A stretch of 64,000 bases of DNA, taken from assembly GCA_964437705.1 (NCBI GenBank), contig CAYTHX010000008.1, positions 7,590 to 71,589 of the forward strand. Direction: 5' to 3'. A program made the position numbers and the translations under genes. Below, in pieces: positions 27,626 through 38,907 of this stretch (its first letter is position 1; every line of letters starts with the position of its first letter). The stretch is from an uncultured Nitrososphaeria archaeon. Its GTDB lineage: Archaea; Thermoproteota; Nitrososphaeria; Geothermarchaeales; JDFR-13. The notes beneath the pieces were generated by a model. That model searched no databases, was not told the origin of the DNA, and saw nothing but the letters and a program-made list of their open reading frames with translations.

Positions 27626-28867
27626 TCACCCAATCGTTATCTTTAAATTATATATCATTTGAGGTAAGAACCTAGCTATTATATATCTCTGAATTTCATT
27701 TGTTCCCTCGTAAATTGTTGTTACTATCGAATCTCTTAAATATCTCTCAATACCAACTTCAAAATCTAAACCAAATCCACCGTGAATTTGAACTGCTTGC
27801 CTAGCACAAAATTCAGCAGTTTCTGTAGCAAATGTTTTAGCAATACTACCTGCAACAGCAACTTCAGGTAAAGCTTTATTAGGAGTATTTAATTGTTTTT
27901 CACTAATTTTAGCCGCCCAATATGTTAGTAATCTAGAGGCTTGTAATCTTATAAGCATATCCGAAATCTTATACGATATACCTTCAAACTGATAAATCTT
28001 CTTGTTAAATGCCTCTCTCTCAAGAGAGTATTTTAATGCTTTTTCAAATGCTCCTTGAGCTATACCAACTGCTTGAGCAGCAATATTAATTCTAGTAAAG
28101 TTTAAGAGTATCATTGCATATCTATACCCCATACCCTCAACACCAATTAAATTCTCTACAGGAACTTTAGCATCTTCAAAAATTAACTCATATGGTCTAT
28201 CACCACGCATACACATAACATTAATCTTCTGACCAATTTTTAGCCCTGGAGTGTTTTCTTTATCAACTAAAAGTAACGACATACCGGCATAAGGCTTATC
28301 CCTATCGATAGGCGTTGTCCTAGCTAAAATAATGATGTATTTTGCATATTCAACTGTACTTATAAGACACTTTTTCCCATTAACTATGTAATAATCCCCT
28401 CTTCTTTTAGCTGTAGTTTTAATACCAGCCAACCAACTACCAGCTTGAGGTTCTGTATATGCACAAGCGCCAATAGCACCATCAACAATTTCAGGTAAGA
28501 ATTTCTTTTTCTGATTTTCATTACCCCATAGCAAAAGTGCTAAAGTAGAGAAATCAGTTGTATCTAAAACTACACCTAATGATGGTATAGCTCTACTAAT
28601 TTCCTCTATAACAATCATTTTAGAAATTTGATCCCCACCCTCTCCACCATACTTCTCTGGTACGCATATACCAAATACTCCTAAACTCACTAAATCCCTA
28701 ATAATATCATCAGGGATAACATCGTTCTTCTCTACACTTTTCCATAAATCTTCTAGCTTATCACTAACGAACCTCCTTATAGTCTTTCTTAGAAGTTCAT
28801 GTTCAGGTTTAATAGGTATAGAATATATATCTAAAGAGTCAAATGGCAATACCATTAATGTCACCAA
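27626..28867 (-). CDS. Acyl-CoA dehydrogenase
   Basis: 413 aa with typical ACAD motifs (…YAGMSLLLVDK…, …IYEGTNEIQR…). Confidence 0.9.
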   Translation of the reverse strand: MVTLMVLPFDSLDIYSIPIKPEHELLRKTIRRFVSDKLEDLWKSVEKNDVIPDDIIRDLVSLGVFGICVPEKYGGEGGDQISKMIVIEEISRAIPSLGVVLDTTDFSTLALLLWGNENQKKKFLPEIVDGAIGACAYTEPQAGSWLAGIKTTAKRRGDYYIVNGKKCLISTVEYAKYIIILARTTPIDRDKPYAGMSLLLVDKENTPGLKIGQKINVMCMRGDRPYELIFEDAKVPVENLIGVEGMGYRYAMILLNFTRINIAAQAVGIAQGAFEKALKYSLEREAFNKKIYQFEGISYKISDMLIRLQASRLLTYWAAKISEKQLNTPNKALPEVAVAGSIAKTFATETAEFCARQAVQIHGGFGLDFEVGIERYLRDSIVTTIYEGTNEIQRYIIARFLPQMIYNLKITIG

Positions 28868-29031
28868 AAATAAAAACTATGTCTCATACTATTTTACCAT
28901 TACTAATATTCATTTTTAACTTTATCAAGATTAAAAATAATAGAGTCGTCTTAGCTTTCGACATAGATCATGAAGCTTTAGAATCTCAGGCTTACAAGTA
29001 AATTTATAGTTACATAAATAGTCTTTAGTAA

Positions 29032-29742
29032 TTAAGTGGAAGAGGCATTTCTAAGTATGATTATGTAAATTTTTCCTTCTAACGCTGAATATTCATCATC
29101 AGAGAGTTTTACATACCTATACTCACCTTCATATACATATATATCACGATAGGTTAGCTTCACATCATTATTCCAAGCAAATCCATAAATAGAATATAAG
29201 GTGTTGTTCCATGTACAGGTAATGAAAATAATATTATCATACTCGTCTCTAGGCCAATTCCTAAAGTAAAGTTTAATTTCCTCTTTAGTAGCTTCCTGAT
29301 ATGATGCGTTTAATAATGTAACGCTAATTCCAAGTTTCTCAACATAACCTCCACTAACCTTATAAACTCCGATAACTTCTTCGGGTTTATTTAGGTATTT
29401 AATATTAATTATAAAGCCAATATTATATGTTTCTTCTTCACTAATTATAGCAATTAATGATCCATTAACTATAGCTTCAAGGATGCTCTCATAATCATAT
29501 TCAAGCACTTTTAGTAAAGCGGTAGTAGCATTCAACTTTTCATTCGTTTCTATAATGGGATGTATAGGTATGTTAATTATACTAGAGTTCTGTGTTTCAA
29601 TAGAAATATTTTTAAAGTTAATGCCTATGTTGCCTAAGCTAGGTGAGTTATCATACTTTAGCGCAACTGAAGCGCTTAATACAACAAGTATTCCCGCTAC
29701 AATAAATAGTATTATCTCTTTATACCCTATTTTACGCTCCAT
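29032..29742 (-). CDS. Hypothetical membrane-anchored or secreted protein
   Basis: 236 aa with N-terminal TM helix; no family recognised. Confidence 0.35.
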   Translation of the reverse strand: MERKIGYKEIILFIVAGILVVLSASVALKYDNSPSLGNIGINFKNISIETQNSSIINIPIHPIIETNEKLNATTALLKVLEYDYESILEAIVNGSLIAIISEEETYNIGFIINIKYLNKPEEVIGVYKVSGGYVEKLGISVTLLNASYQEATKEEIKLYFRNWPRDEYDNIIFITCTWNNTLYSIYGFAWNNDVKLTYRDIYVYEGEYRYVKLSDDEYSALEGKIYIIILRNASST

Positions 29743-29932
29743 CTCTAAAAGTATCTAAAAAACTACTTGATATTAAGACCTACATTTACCTATAGCTAAT
29801 AAAAAAGGTACTAATAGCTGATAAAGCAACGTACCTATAGTGGAGACTGAAAGATTTCAATAATATCCCTAACCTAGGGTTTATATCTAACTGAAATATT
29901 TCTCAAACAATATTTCTATTTGGTGACCTAGT

Positions 29933-30991
29933 TTGATTAATTTCGAGGAAAAAATTCAGCTTCAATTTCTTGTAAATGGTGAAATTTTATTAGATGAGGA
30001 GAGAGCAAAGCTTCTTCTTCTAATAAAAAAATTAGGTAGTATTTTGTCAGCTGCTAAGTCATTAAGTATTCCGTATACACGTGCTTGGGAACATATTATG
30101 AAAATGGAGAGAATTGCTGGTACACGCATACTTGAGGTAAAACGTGGTGGTAAGGGTGGAGGAGGAGCGAAACTAACGAGTGAAGGCCTAAAGTTATTAA
30201 ATATGTATCTTAGGAGTTATAAAAACGTATTTAATCGAGATTTAGGTATACCTGAAAAGCTAGAATTTGAAAAAGTTACTCATATATATGCTGGTAGTGA
30301 CGATATCCTATTAAAACATATCTTTAATATCCTTAGGAAGAAAGGTTATAAGCTAGAGAGTTATATAATCGGCTCAATAAAAGGTTTAGCATCCATTCTA
30401 CTTGATGAAGCGGAGTTAGCTGGTATACACTTACTAGACCCAGATACTGGAAGGTATAATACTTCATATATAAAGAGGTACTCTGCTGGCGTAGACTTAA
30501 TTCTCATTAGAGGCTATAAAAGGTTACAAGGATTCGTAACTAGAGAGAAGTTCGAGTACACAGATATAATTGACGGATTACTAAATGGAAAATTAAGATT
30601 TGTAAATAGGAATCCTGGCTCGGGAACGAGGATACTTGTAGATCATATATTTAATCAAATACTTAAGGATAGGGGTATAGAAGCCAAACCAGAAAATATT
30701 ATTATTGGATATAGAGAATCTGTTAATACGCATCTTGAGGTAGCATCAACAGTAGCTGAGGGTAAGGCGGATGTAGGTATATGTATAGCTCCATGCGCAG
30801 AGTATTTTAATCTCAACTTTATACCTGTCAAGTGGGAAAACTTTGATTTTATCATAAGATCGGAAGACCTAGAAAAACCGATAATTAGGAAGTTTATAGA
30901 GGTCTTGAAAAGTGAGGAAGTTAAAAATTATGTGAGTAGCTTATCTGGTTATGAGTTGCATGAAGATACCGGAAATGTAATTAAGATATAA
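29933..30991 (+). CDS. ModE-like molybdate/tungstate-responsive regulator (N-terminal ModE HTH fused to a periplasmic-binding-protein-like domain)
   Basis: 352 aa; N-terminus LSAAKSLSIPYTRAWEHI..MERIAGTRILEVKRGGKGGGGAKLT is the ModE N-terminal signature; directly upstream of wtpABC. Confidence 0.6.
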   Translation: MINFEEKIQLQFLVNGEILLDEERAKLLLLIKKLGSILSAAKSLSIPYTRAWEHIMKMERIAGTRILEVKRGGKGGGGAKLTSEGLKLLNMYLRSYKNVFNRDLGIPEKLEFEKVTHIYAGSDDILLKHIFNILRKKGYKLESYIIGSIKGLASILLDEAELAGIHLLDPDTGRYNTSYIKRYSAGVDLILIRGYKRLQGFVTREKFEYTDIIDGLLNGKLRFVNRNPGSGTRILVDHIFNQILKDRGIEAKPENIIIGYRESVNTHLEVASTVAEGKADVGICIAPCAEYFNLNFIPVKWENFDFIIRSEDLEKPIIRKFIEVLKSEEVKNYVSSLSGYELHEDTGNVIKI

Positions 30992-31042
30992 ACTATATAT
31001 GTTATTCCTTATTGGTTTTCCAATAACGAATAATATTTTGAA

Positions 31043-32065
31043 ATGAAGAGAAGGAATATAATAATAGTTATCGTAGCAATTGCTATAATACTTCTTGCCG
31101 GATATTTTACTACACAATATTTCCTCCAACCAAAAGTGACTCTAAAAGTCTTCTGCGCTGGATCTCTAAAGATCCCACTTGATCAGCTAGCAAGCATCTA
31201 TGAGGAAAAATATGATGTTAAAGTCGAGATTGAGGCTAGTGGAAGTGTTGAAGCCGCTAGAAAGGTTATCGATTTAGGAAAACCGTGCGATGTACTGGCT
31301 GTAGCTGACTATAGACTATTTGAACAGTACATGTATCCAGAACATACAGAGTGGTATGCGGCTTTCGCGTCAAATGAAGTTGTATTAGCATTTACAAGTA
31401 ACTCTAAATATGCTGACTATATAATTAAGAATCCAGATAAATGGTATGAAGTACTAGCTAAGAAAGATGTTAAGTTTGGATTTTCAGATCCAAATAAAGA
31501 TCCATGTGGATACAGAGCTGTAGGCGTAATTGCTTTAGCATCAATATATTATAACAATGAAAGTATTCTAAAAGATCTCATTCTTTCAAAAACTAATATT
31601 GAAGCATCGGTCAGCGCGTCAAAAATAGATGTTTATGTTCCGGCATCACTTGAAAAGCATGCTAGGGATTTAGAGATAAGATCTAAAAGTGTAGACCTAA
31701 TTGCGTTATTAGAAGCAGGGTCCTTAGACTATGCATTTGAATATAAAAGCGTAGCTAAGCAACATAATTTATTATATATTGAGCTTCCAGAAAAAATAAA
31801 TCTTAAGAATCCAGGATACGACGACTTCTATTCAAAAGTTACAGTTCACATTTTAGTTGGTAGCGAAAGGGAAGCAAGTATGACGATGAAGTCCATAGTA
31901 TACGGTGTAACTATTCCTAAGTGTGCTAAGCACTTAAAAGAAGCAATTGAGTTTGTAAAGTTATTACTTAGTGAGGTTGGACGGGATGTATTTAGTAGAA
32001 ATGGTCAAGATTTTCTAGAGAAACCCATATTTTATGGTAATGCTCCAAGTGAGATTAAGGGATGA
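31043..32065 (+). CDS. wtpA: Tungstate/molybdate ABC transporter substrate-binding protein
   Basis: 340 aa with N-terminal TM; ModA/WtpA-like (VFCAGSLKIPLDQL…SGSVEAARKV). Confidence 0.75.
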   Translation: MKRRNIIIVIVAIAIILLAGYFTTQYFLQPKVTLKVFCAGSLKIPLDQLASIYEEKYDVKVEIEASGSVEAARKVIDLGKPCDVLAVADYRLFEQYMYPEHTEWYAAFASNEVVLAFTSNSKYADYIIKNPDKWYEVLAKKDVKFGFSDPNKDPCGYRAVGVIALASIYYNNESILKDLILSKTNIEASVSASKIDVYVPASLEKHARDLEIRSKSVDLIALLEAGSLDYAFEYKSVAKQHNLLYIELPEKINLKNPGYDDFYSKVTVHILVGSEREASMTMKSIVYGVTIPKCAKHLKEAIEFVKLLLSEVGRDVFSRNGQDFLEKPIFYGNAPSEIKG

Positions 32066-32853
32066 ACAGAGTAAGTGCAGAAAAATTCCTAATCTTACTT
32101 TATGGTATATCGTCACTAGCAATACTCCTTATACTGCTCCCTATAATTGCTTTATACCTAATGGGTGATCCAGAAACATTTTATAAAGTTTTATTTCAGG
32201 ATCCAATATTATCTAAGGAGGCTTGGTCAGCATTATTCTTAACATTCGAAATTTCAATACTGTCAACAATTATATTATTGATTATAGGTATTCCGATTGG
32301 ATATATTCTAGCTAGATTTGACTTTAGAGGTAAAAGTATTCTTGAAGCAATAATTGATATCCCATTATTAACTCCACATATAATCGCTGGAATAATGGTA
32401 ATATCGGCATTTGGAAGAAATGGAATAGTAAATAGAATTTTGATGGGGCGATATTTCTCAGTAGAGGATGATGTATTAGGGATTCTTCTTGCAATGATGT
32501 TTGTCTCAATACCAATAATGATTGATACAATAAAAGTTGGTTTTGCTTCTGTAGATAGAAATCTTGAGCTTGTTGCTAGGTCTTTAGGAGTAAGTTTACA
32601 TAGAGTATTTTTGTCAATAACCTTACCACTATCAGCTAGGAGTATAATAGCTGGTTGTGTGTTGTCGTGGGCTAGAGCTGTAAGTGAAGTTGGAGCAATA
32701 TTAATAGTTGCTTATCACCCAAAGACAATAAATGTACTTATTTATGAGTGGTATACTACATATGGTCTAAAATATGCAGTAACTCTATCCATACTATTAC
32801 TATCGATATTTATAGTGATATTTGCAGCTATATGGGTGATCTATAAAAAATGA
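32062..32853 (+). CDS. wtpB: Tungstate/molybdate ABC transporter permease
   Basis: 263 aa; ABC permease EAA-type loop. Confidence 0.8.
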   Translation: MNRVSAEKFLILLYGISSLAILLILLPIIALYLMGDPETFYKVLFQDPILSKEAWSALFLTFEISILSTIILLIIGIPIGYILARFDFRGKSILEAIIDIPLLTPHIIAGIMVISAFGRNGIVNRILMGRYFSVEDDVLGILLAMMFVSIPIMIDTIKVGFASVDRNLELVARSLGVSLHRVFLSITLPLSARSIIAGCVLSWARAVSEVGAILIVAYHPKTINVLIYEWYTTYGLKYAVTLSILLLSIFIVIFAAIWVIYKK

Positions 32854-33569
32854 TTAAAATTAGAGATCTTGTAGTTATACTTGGCGATTTTAAGCTTGAA
32901 ATTCCTAGCCTAGATATTAGAGATCAAGAATATCTGGTTGTTATGGGTCCAAGCGGAGTTGGGAAAACAGTTTTTCTATATACATTAGCTGGCTTCATAA
33001 AGCCAATAAAGGGTAGAATCTTAGTCAATGATGTAGATATAACGGATACAGAGCCTGAAGAGAGGTGCTTTCCAATTATACCTGAGGAGTATTGCTTATT
33101 TCCACATATGACTGTCTATGAAAATATAGCATTTGGATTAAAATTTAGAGGAGTTAACTATGATAAAGCTAATGATAAAGTTAGAGAGATAGCCAATATT
33201 CTTGAAATTAATAACCTCCTTAATAGATATCCAGAATCGTTAAGTGCTGGTGAAAAGCAAAGAGTAGCTATTGCAAGAGCGCTAGTAGTAAATCCAAATG
33301 TTATCCTACTCGATGAACCACTACGTAACCTCGATCCAAGACTACATAGTAAAGCTAGGGAATTCCTAAAAAACCTACATAAAAAACTTCGTTTTACAGC
33401 TATACACGTCACACACGATATAGTTGAAGCAATAACATTAGGTGATAGAATTGCATATATGGAAAAGGGAAAACTTCTTGGAGTATATGAGCCACATAAA
33501 TTTATAGAGTCTCAGTATGGAAAGCTATATATTGAAGCACTAAAACCAGTAATAAAATACTTAGGATAA
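32850..33569 (+). CDS. wtpC: Tungstate/molybdate ABC transporter ATPase
   Basis: 239 aa; Walker A GPSGVGKT, signature LSAGEKQR, Walker B LLDEP. Confidence 0.85.
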   Translation: MIKIRDLVVILGDFKLEIPSLDIRDQEYLVVMGPSGVGKTVFLYTLAGFIKPIKGRILVNDVDITDTEPEERCFPIIPEEYCLFPHMTVYENIAFGLKFRGVNYDKANDKVREIANILEINNLLNRYPESLSAGEKQRVAIARALVVNPNVILLDEPLRNLDPRLHSKAREFLKNLHKKLRFTAIHVTHDIVEAITLGDRIAYMEKGKLLGVYEPHKFIESQYGKLYIEALKPVIKYLG

Positions 33570-33717
33570 CACGACACAACTAAGCTTCTTAATAAAAGAA
33601 AAAAGCTAAAAGTCAGCTAGGGTGATATTCATCATACTTCCAAATCCTCAGGTAGCCGATCCCTCATCATCCAAAAATATTTCTTTAACTATTTAGTATT
33701 TTTATTCTTGAAATTTA

Positions 33718-33755
33718 ACTTACGGGGTGTTAGGTTACTTACGGGGTGTTAGGTT
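33718..33755 (+). repeat. Perfect 19-bp tandem duplication ACTTACGGGGTGTTAGGTT x2 abutting the ATG of the downstream ATPase gene
   Basis: Read directly from the sequence (33718-33736 and 33737-33755, ATG at 33756); GC-rich motif in an AT-rich intergenic region. Confidence 0.9.
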
Positions 33756-34880
33756 ATGTATTTCGATATCAAACCAAAAGAAAAAAGGGAGGATTTATTT
33801 GATAGAGAGGAAGAATTAAATAAACTTATCAAGTATATAAATGTAGGTTCGAGAGTTATTATTTTAACTGGATTTAGGAGAAGTGGAAAAACTTCCCTTT
33901 TAAAAGTTGGTCTTAACCTTCTTAATAAACCATATATTCTGGTTGATGCTAGAGGAATCTCTATTAATCCTTCCTTAAGAGATCTATACATACTACTTGA
34001 AAGTGGAATTAATGACTTAATTAATAGAAGTAAGCATTTAGTGGAGAAGCTATTAAGTTCTCTAAGTATGGTTAATGGTATCTCTATACATGGTTTATCT
34101 GTTTACTTTAAATGGCGTGGTAAGAATAAGCTTCTTCTTCACCAACTTTTTGATAATCTAAATTATTTTGCAGAAATGAAAATTAAGGATAAGGTAATTA
34201 TTGCATTTGATGAGGCACAATACCTAAAGGGTGTAATAGGAAAATACTTGTTATCAGCTATAGCACATGCATATGATTATAACGAAAACTTAATTTTCAT
34301 CTTTACAGGTTCTCAAGTTGGTTTACTACATGATTTCTTAGGTGTAGATAATCCAAAATCCTATCTTTATGGGAGACATATGTCAGAAATAAAGTTAGGG
34401 AATTTTAGTAAGAATTTGTCACTCGAGTTTCTACGTGAAGGATTTAAGCAAATAAATCTAGAAGTTTCCGAAGAAATTCTTGAATACGCATATAATTGTT
34501 TAGATGGAATTGTAGGTTGGTTAACTGAATTTGGATATAGAGCATATGAAGCGGGAAATGTAAGTAAGGAAATTGTTGATCAAGTTGTGGAGATCGGTGC
34601 GAAACTAGTAAGAGAAGAATTTCAAAAGTTTATTGAATATAGAGGGGAAGCAAGAAGTAGGTATGAAGCAATATTAAAAGCAATAGCGATAGGTAAAAAC
34701 ACGTGGAGCCAAATTAAGCAATATCTAGAGGAGATCGAAGGTTCTCATATTCCAGATATATCTCTAAAGCGGTTACTCGATACACTAATAAAAGCATCAT
34801 ATATAGAGAAGCAAGTTGATGGAAGAAATATAACATATAAAATAACAGATCCACTATTAAGGGAAACATATAAAATTTAA
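33756..34880 (+). CDS. Archaeal ATPase (Arch_ATPase AAA+ with DUF234-like C-terminus), paralog of 23937-25190
   Basis: 374 aa; Walker A GFRRSGKTSLL; Walker B IIAFDEAQ. Confidence 0.7.
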   Translation: MYFDIKPKEKREDLFDREEELNKLIKYINVGSRVIILTGFRRSGKTSLLKVGLNLLNKPYILVDARGISINPSLRDLYILLESGINDLINRSKHLVEKLLSSLSMVNGISIHGLSVYFKWRGKNKLLLHQLFDNLNYFAEMKIKDKVIIAFDEAQYLKGVIGKYLLSAIAHAYDYNENLIFIFTGSQVGLLHDFLGVDNPKSYLYGRHMSEIKLGNFSKNLSLEFLREGFKQINLEVSEEILEYAYNCLDGIVGWLTEFGYRAYEAGNVSKEIVDQVVEIGAKLVREEFQKFIEYRGEARSRYEAILKAIAIGKNTWSQIKQYLEEIEGSHIPDISLKRLLDTLIKASYIEKQVDGRNITYKITDPLLRETYKI

Positions 34881-34881
34881 T

Positions 34882-35400
34882 TTACTCATGTAAGAATTCT
34901 ATATAGTAAAATAATGTTGCTATAGTTTTTGCATCTCTAATTAACTTCTCTCTTATCATTCTTGGAATCTCATCAATAGGTACGAATGTAAGGTTTATTA
35001 CTTCAGTTTCATCCAACTTCTGCCCTACATACTCTAGATCCTCAGCAAGATATACATGCATATACTCAGTTGAATAACCTGGGGAGAGATACATCTCAAA
35101 CATCTTAATCAACTTATTCGCTTTATACCCAGTTTCCTCAATCAACTCTCTATAAGCACAACTCCTAGGATCTTCACCTGGATTAAGAGTACCTGCTGGT
35201 AACTCAAGAATCCACTCCTCAATTACATGCCTATACTGATTAAGCAGTATAATTTTATCATCAATAATCGGTAGTATAACTACTGAACCAGGGTGATCAA
35301 CATATTCCCTAAAAACCCTTCTACCATCAGGAGAATCAAGATAACCGCACTTAAAACTAAATTTCTTACCTTTATAAATACACGTTTCCTCCTGAGGCAT
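34882..35400 (-). CDS. NUDIX hydrolase (ADP-ribose pyrophosphatase-like)
   Basis: 172 aa; Nudix box GTLNPGEDPRSCAYRELIEETG. Confidence 0.85.
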   Translation of the reverse strand: MPQEETCIYKGKKFSFKCGYLDSPDGRRVFREYVDHPGSVVILPIIDDKIILLNQYRHVIEEWILELPAGTLNPGEDPRSCAYRELIEETGYKANKLIKMFEMYLSPGYSTEYMHVYLAEDLEYVGQKLDETEVINLTFVPIDEIPRMIREKLIRDAKTIATLFYYIEFLHE

Positions 35401-35619
35401 ATAATGACTATATCCATATGCTCTAAAATATATTTACTATAAAATATAATACTATCTACTCAAGAATATGCCAAATATTCACTGCTTTATCTACTTTTTA
35501 TCTAACTAAGTTTAAAGAACTAAACCATAATTACTCCTCGAGTTTATTAATTAACTCTCTAACAACGCTATTTAAATCATCACTTACTATATACAAATTA
35601 TGCTTCAAGTAAGGAGTAG

Positions 35620-36087
35620 TTAATATACATCTATGTACATATTTCTAGTTCTACAATACTTATTAACTACATTTAGAATTAACTGAGGTGTTCCATAATT
35701 AACTAATAAATTGCTAGAGTAGTATATCTTTCCATCCCCCTTTCTCGTTACCGTTACAATAATCCATTTACCTAATGTTGGATCCCTAAACTGAATTAAT
35801 GTATACTCTTCCTCATTAGATGGAAGTGTAATGTTAGATTGTTTCTGTGTATAGAAGTTATATATATCTATAGCTATATAATTAACTAACTTCTCTATTT
35901 CACTAAATAGGTTTTTATACTTACTGAGCTCTGGTATTCTTTGAATACTTGCTAAAATGTGTTTGACCGCATTTATAAATCCTTTAATACTCAACATTTC
36001 AATATTTTCAGAGAAATCTTCACTCAAAAAGTGGATTACATACATTAGGCTTTGTGCCCTACTTCTATAATACATTCTCCACCTCAA
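35620..36087 (-). CDS. Hypothetical protein
   Basis: 155-aa ORF; no family recognised. Confidence 0.3.
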   Translation of the reverse strand: MRWRMYYRSRAQSLMYVIHFLSEDFSENIEMLSIKGFINAVKHILASIQRIPELSKYKNLFSEIEKLVNYIAIDIYNFYTQKQSNITLPSNEEEYTLIQFRDPTLGKWIIVTVTRKGDGKIYYSSNLLVNYGTPQLILNVVNKYCRTRNMYIDVY

Positions 36088-36202
36088 ACAATATCATTAT
36101 CACTTAATAAATCTACTATTAATACACTTTAGAATAAAAGCCTAATTTAAAAAATTAGGAAAATGAGGGTTGTTAGGGCGTAAAGTTACTTTAGATCATG
36201 TA

Positions 36203-37837
36203 TTAAGATAAACCTGGATACCTAGGTCCACTTTCCCTTTCTTTAGTCTTTAGTCTTGAAGCTGATATAATATCATCTATTCTTAGAATCATGCATGAAG
36301 CTTCTGTTGCAGCTTTTATCATCTGTTCTTTGACAATCGCTGGTTCTATAATTTCCTCTTTCATCATATCCGCTACTTTACCATTGAATAAATTGATGCC
36401 ATACCAAATCATACCTTGCTTATGCTTCGATCTAAGTTCAGTAGCGATATCTATAGTATCCAAACCTGCATTCTCCGCTAAAGTTAATGGAATCACCTCT
36501 AAAGCTTCTGCAAATTTTACTGCTGCTAACTGCTCCCTGCTTGGTAGGGTTGATGACCAATCTCTAACTCTTAAAGCCAATTCTACTTCTATAGCTCCTC
36601 CACCAACAACAATCTTAGGCTTTATCAATACATCTCGAACTACACACAATGCATCATGAATAGATCTCTCAACTTCGTCTATGATACGCTCGCCACCACC
36701 CCTAACCAATATAGATACGCTTCTTGGATCCTTGCAACCTTCGATAAATACCATTTTATCATCTCCAATTTTTCTTTCCTCAACCAGCTTAGCTTCACCT
36801 AAGTCTGTCTCAGTTAAATCCTCAAGGTTTGATATTATCCTTGCCCCAGTAGCTTTACTTAGCTTATCCATATCAGACTGCTTTACTCTCCTAACAGCTA
36901 ATACACCAGCCTTAGCTAGATAAAATTGGGCTATATCATCAATTCCCTTTTGGCAAAATACGACATTAGCACCGATACTTATGATCTTATCAACCATTTC
37001 CTTAAGCATCTCCCTCTCTTCTCTTAGGAATGCACTTAGCATCTCTGGATTATCAATTCTAATTCTAGCATCAAACTCTGTCTTCTTAATTTCTAAAGGC
37101 ATATTTAGTAATGCAATTTTTGCATTTTCAATTCTCTTTGGCATAGCTGGATGTACAACTTCCTTATCAAGAACTATACCGTTAATAAGCGTAGTATCCT
37201 TTATGCTACCACCATGTTTCTTCTCAACTTTAATATCATCTAAATCGATAACTACTTTCCCACTCACATCACGTTTTACAGATAAAACCGCTTTAACGGC
37301 GATCTCAGCAAGCATATCGCTATAACCACTTACAAGTTTTGACCGCATAGAAGTTAATGCTACTTTCTTAAGCTTATTAACATCATTAACATCAATGTCT
37401 ACAGCAATATCATATAGAAATTCTACAGCTTTTTCACAAGCTTTTTTATAACCTTCAACTATTATAGACGGATGTAAGCCTTTATCCATAAGTCCTTCAG
37501 CATTCTCTAACAGTTTCCCAGCTAGTACTACAACTGAAGTTGTTCCATCACCAACCTCCGCATCCTGAACCTTAGCAACTTCAACTAAAATTTTTGCTGC
37601 AGGATGTTCAATATCCATTTTCTTTAAAATAGTTACTCCATCATTTGTAATTGTAACATCACCGATAGAGTCAACAAGCATTTTGTCCATACCTCTAGGT
37701 CCAAGCGAAGACCTTAACATATCAGCTACAAGCTTTGCCGCCTTAATATTATTGTACATTGCTTCTCTGCCCTTAGCTCGGGTAGAACCCTCTTTTAAAA
37801 TTAAAACAGGTACACCCTGACCATGATATGCCAACAC
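36203..37837 (-). CDS. ths: Thermosome subunit (group II chaperonin)
   Basis: 544 aa with thermosome N-terminus and GDGTTS ATP-binding motif. Confidence 0.95.
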   Translation of the reverse strand: MLAYHGQGVPVLILKEGSTRAKGREAMYNNIKAAKLVADMLRSSLGPRGMDKMLVDSIGDVTITNDGVTILKKMDIEHPAAKILVEVAKVQDAEVGDGTTSVVVLAGKLLENAEGLMDKGLHPSIIVEGYKKACEKAVEFLYDIAVDIDVNDVNKLKKVALTSMRSKLVSGYSDMLAEIAVKAVLSVKRDVSGKVVIDLDDIKVEKKHGGSIKDTTLINGIVLDKEVVHPAMPKRIENAKIALLNMPLEIKKTEFDARIRIDNPEMLSAFLREEREMLKEMVDKIISIGANVVFCQKGIDDIAQFYLAKAGVLAVRRVKQSDMDKLSKATGARIISNLEDLTETDLGEAKLVEERKIGDDKMVFIEGCKDPRSVSILVRGGGERIIDEVERSIHDALCVVRDVLIKPKIVVGGGAIEVELALRVRDWSSTLPSREQLAAVKFAEALEVIPLTLAENAGLDTIDIATELRSKHKQGMIWYGINLFNGKVADMMKEEIIEPAIVKEQMIKAATEASCMILRIDDIISASRLKTKERESGPRYPGLS

Positions 37838-38033
37838 TCACCACCTCAAAACAAAAATATACATATAAACACACAACAAATAAATAGCTCTAAATAAATA
37901 CTTTGATTATAAAATTCTTCATCACATAATAACAATATAATAATTAAAGATATCTTAAACATAGAAAAAGTCTACAATAAACTATGAGAAGTTAGGAAGA
38001 GCTTATGTAACCGATATATTAAACTTTGTCTAA

Positions 38034-38603
38034 TTAAGTATGTTTCTTTCTCAGGAACGGTATTAAAAATGGAGTTTTTCTCTTATATCTAATATACTCA
38101 TCTCCGAATTTTACCTCAAGTCTTTTTTCCTCTATAAATTTAAGGTATAATGTAACTACTAATGTAAAAATTGGTATTATTATAATTAAGGTTGTAGTAG
38201 ATCTAAATAGTATTGATATGCCTATATAGTAAATGATTGTACCTAATGTCATCGGGTTTCTACAATATTTATATGGCCCATTAGTAGCAAGTTTCTGAGT
38301 AGGTACTATCGGTACAGGAGAACCCTTACCTACAACGTATAATGTATATGTACTCCAGAAAACTAGTATTAAACCGATAACTATAAATGCTATACTAAGT
38401 ACAAGTAAGAGAGGAGTTGCTAAAAACCAAAATAATGATATATAAATAATTATCTCTAGTAAATGTCCTAACTGTAGGAGGATTATAGGGATAATTACAA
38501 GGAATATTACTCCACCAATAAGTAATGATAAAATTCTCTTTAATTCACTTCTTTTAATTCTATGAAGACTGGTTAAGATATTTATGGCTGGATTGTCTTT
38601 CAT
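38034..38603 (-). CDS. ICMT/PEMT-family membrane methyltransferase (short paralog of 25162-26187)
   Basis: 189 aa; ..CRNPMTLGTIIYY…EEKRLEVKFGDEYIRYKRKTPFLIPF. Confidence 0.6.
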   Translation of the reverse strand: MKDNPAINILTSLHRIKRSELKRILSLLIGGVIFLVIIPIILLQLGHLLEIIIYISLFWFLATPLLLVLSIAFIVIGLILVFWSTYTLYVVGKGSPVPIVPTQKLATNGPYKYCRNPMTLGTIIYYIGISILFRSTTTLIIIIPIFTLVVTLYLKFIEEKRLEVKFGDEYIRYKRKTPFLIPFLRKKHT

Positions 38604-38683
38604 TACTTAATCTAAATATCATCATCTTAGCTAGGAAAAATTAAAAATAATATTTATCACAGTGTTGAATTTCTTTTTAGCTG

Positions 38684-38905
38684 ATGTTTATTGGAGGATT
38701 AGTTATGAGTAGTGAATGGAGTGGATATAGTGGAGGATGGAGTGGAGGTAGAGGAAAAGGGAGGGGGAGAGGAGGAGGTTGGGGAAGAGGGCCGATGGGA
38801 TATTGTGTATGTATAAATTGTGGCTATAAAATACCTAAGCAACCAGGTGTTAGATGTAGAGATATGACTTGCCCGAGATGTGGCGGGAGAATGGTTAGAG
38901 AATAA
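38684..38905 (+). CDS. Small Gly/Arg-rich protein with C-terminal zinc ribbon
   Basis: 73 aa; low-complexity SGYSGGWSGGRGKGRGRGGGWGRG followed by CVCINCG…CPRCGG. Confidence 0.4.
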   Translation: MFIGGLVMSSEWSGYSGGWSGGRGKGRGRGGGWGRGPMGYCVCINCGYKIPKQPGVRCRDMTCPRCGGRMVRE

Positions 38906-38907
38906 AT

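Noticed and set aside
36291-37325. Three plus-strand ORFs (80-122 aa) inside the thermosome gene
   Set aside because: They are antisense to a highly conserved chaperonin CDS and encode Ser/Ile/Leu-rich low-complexity translations.
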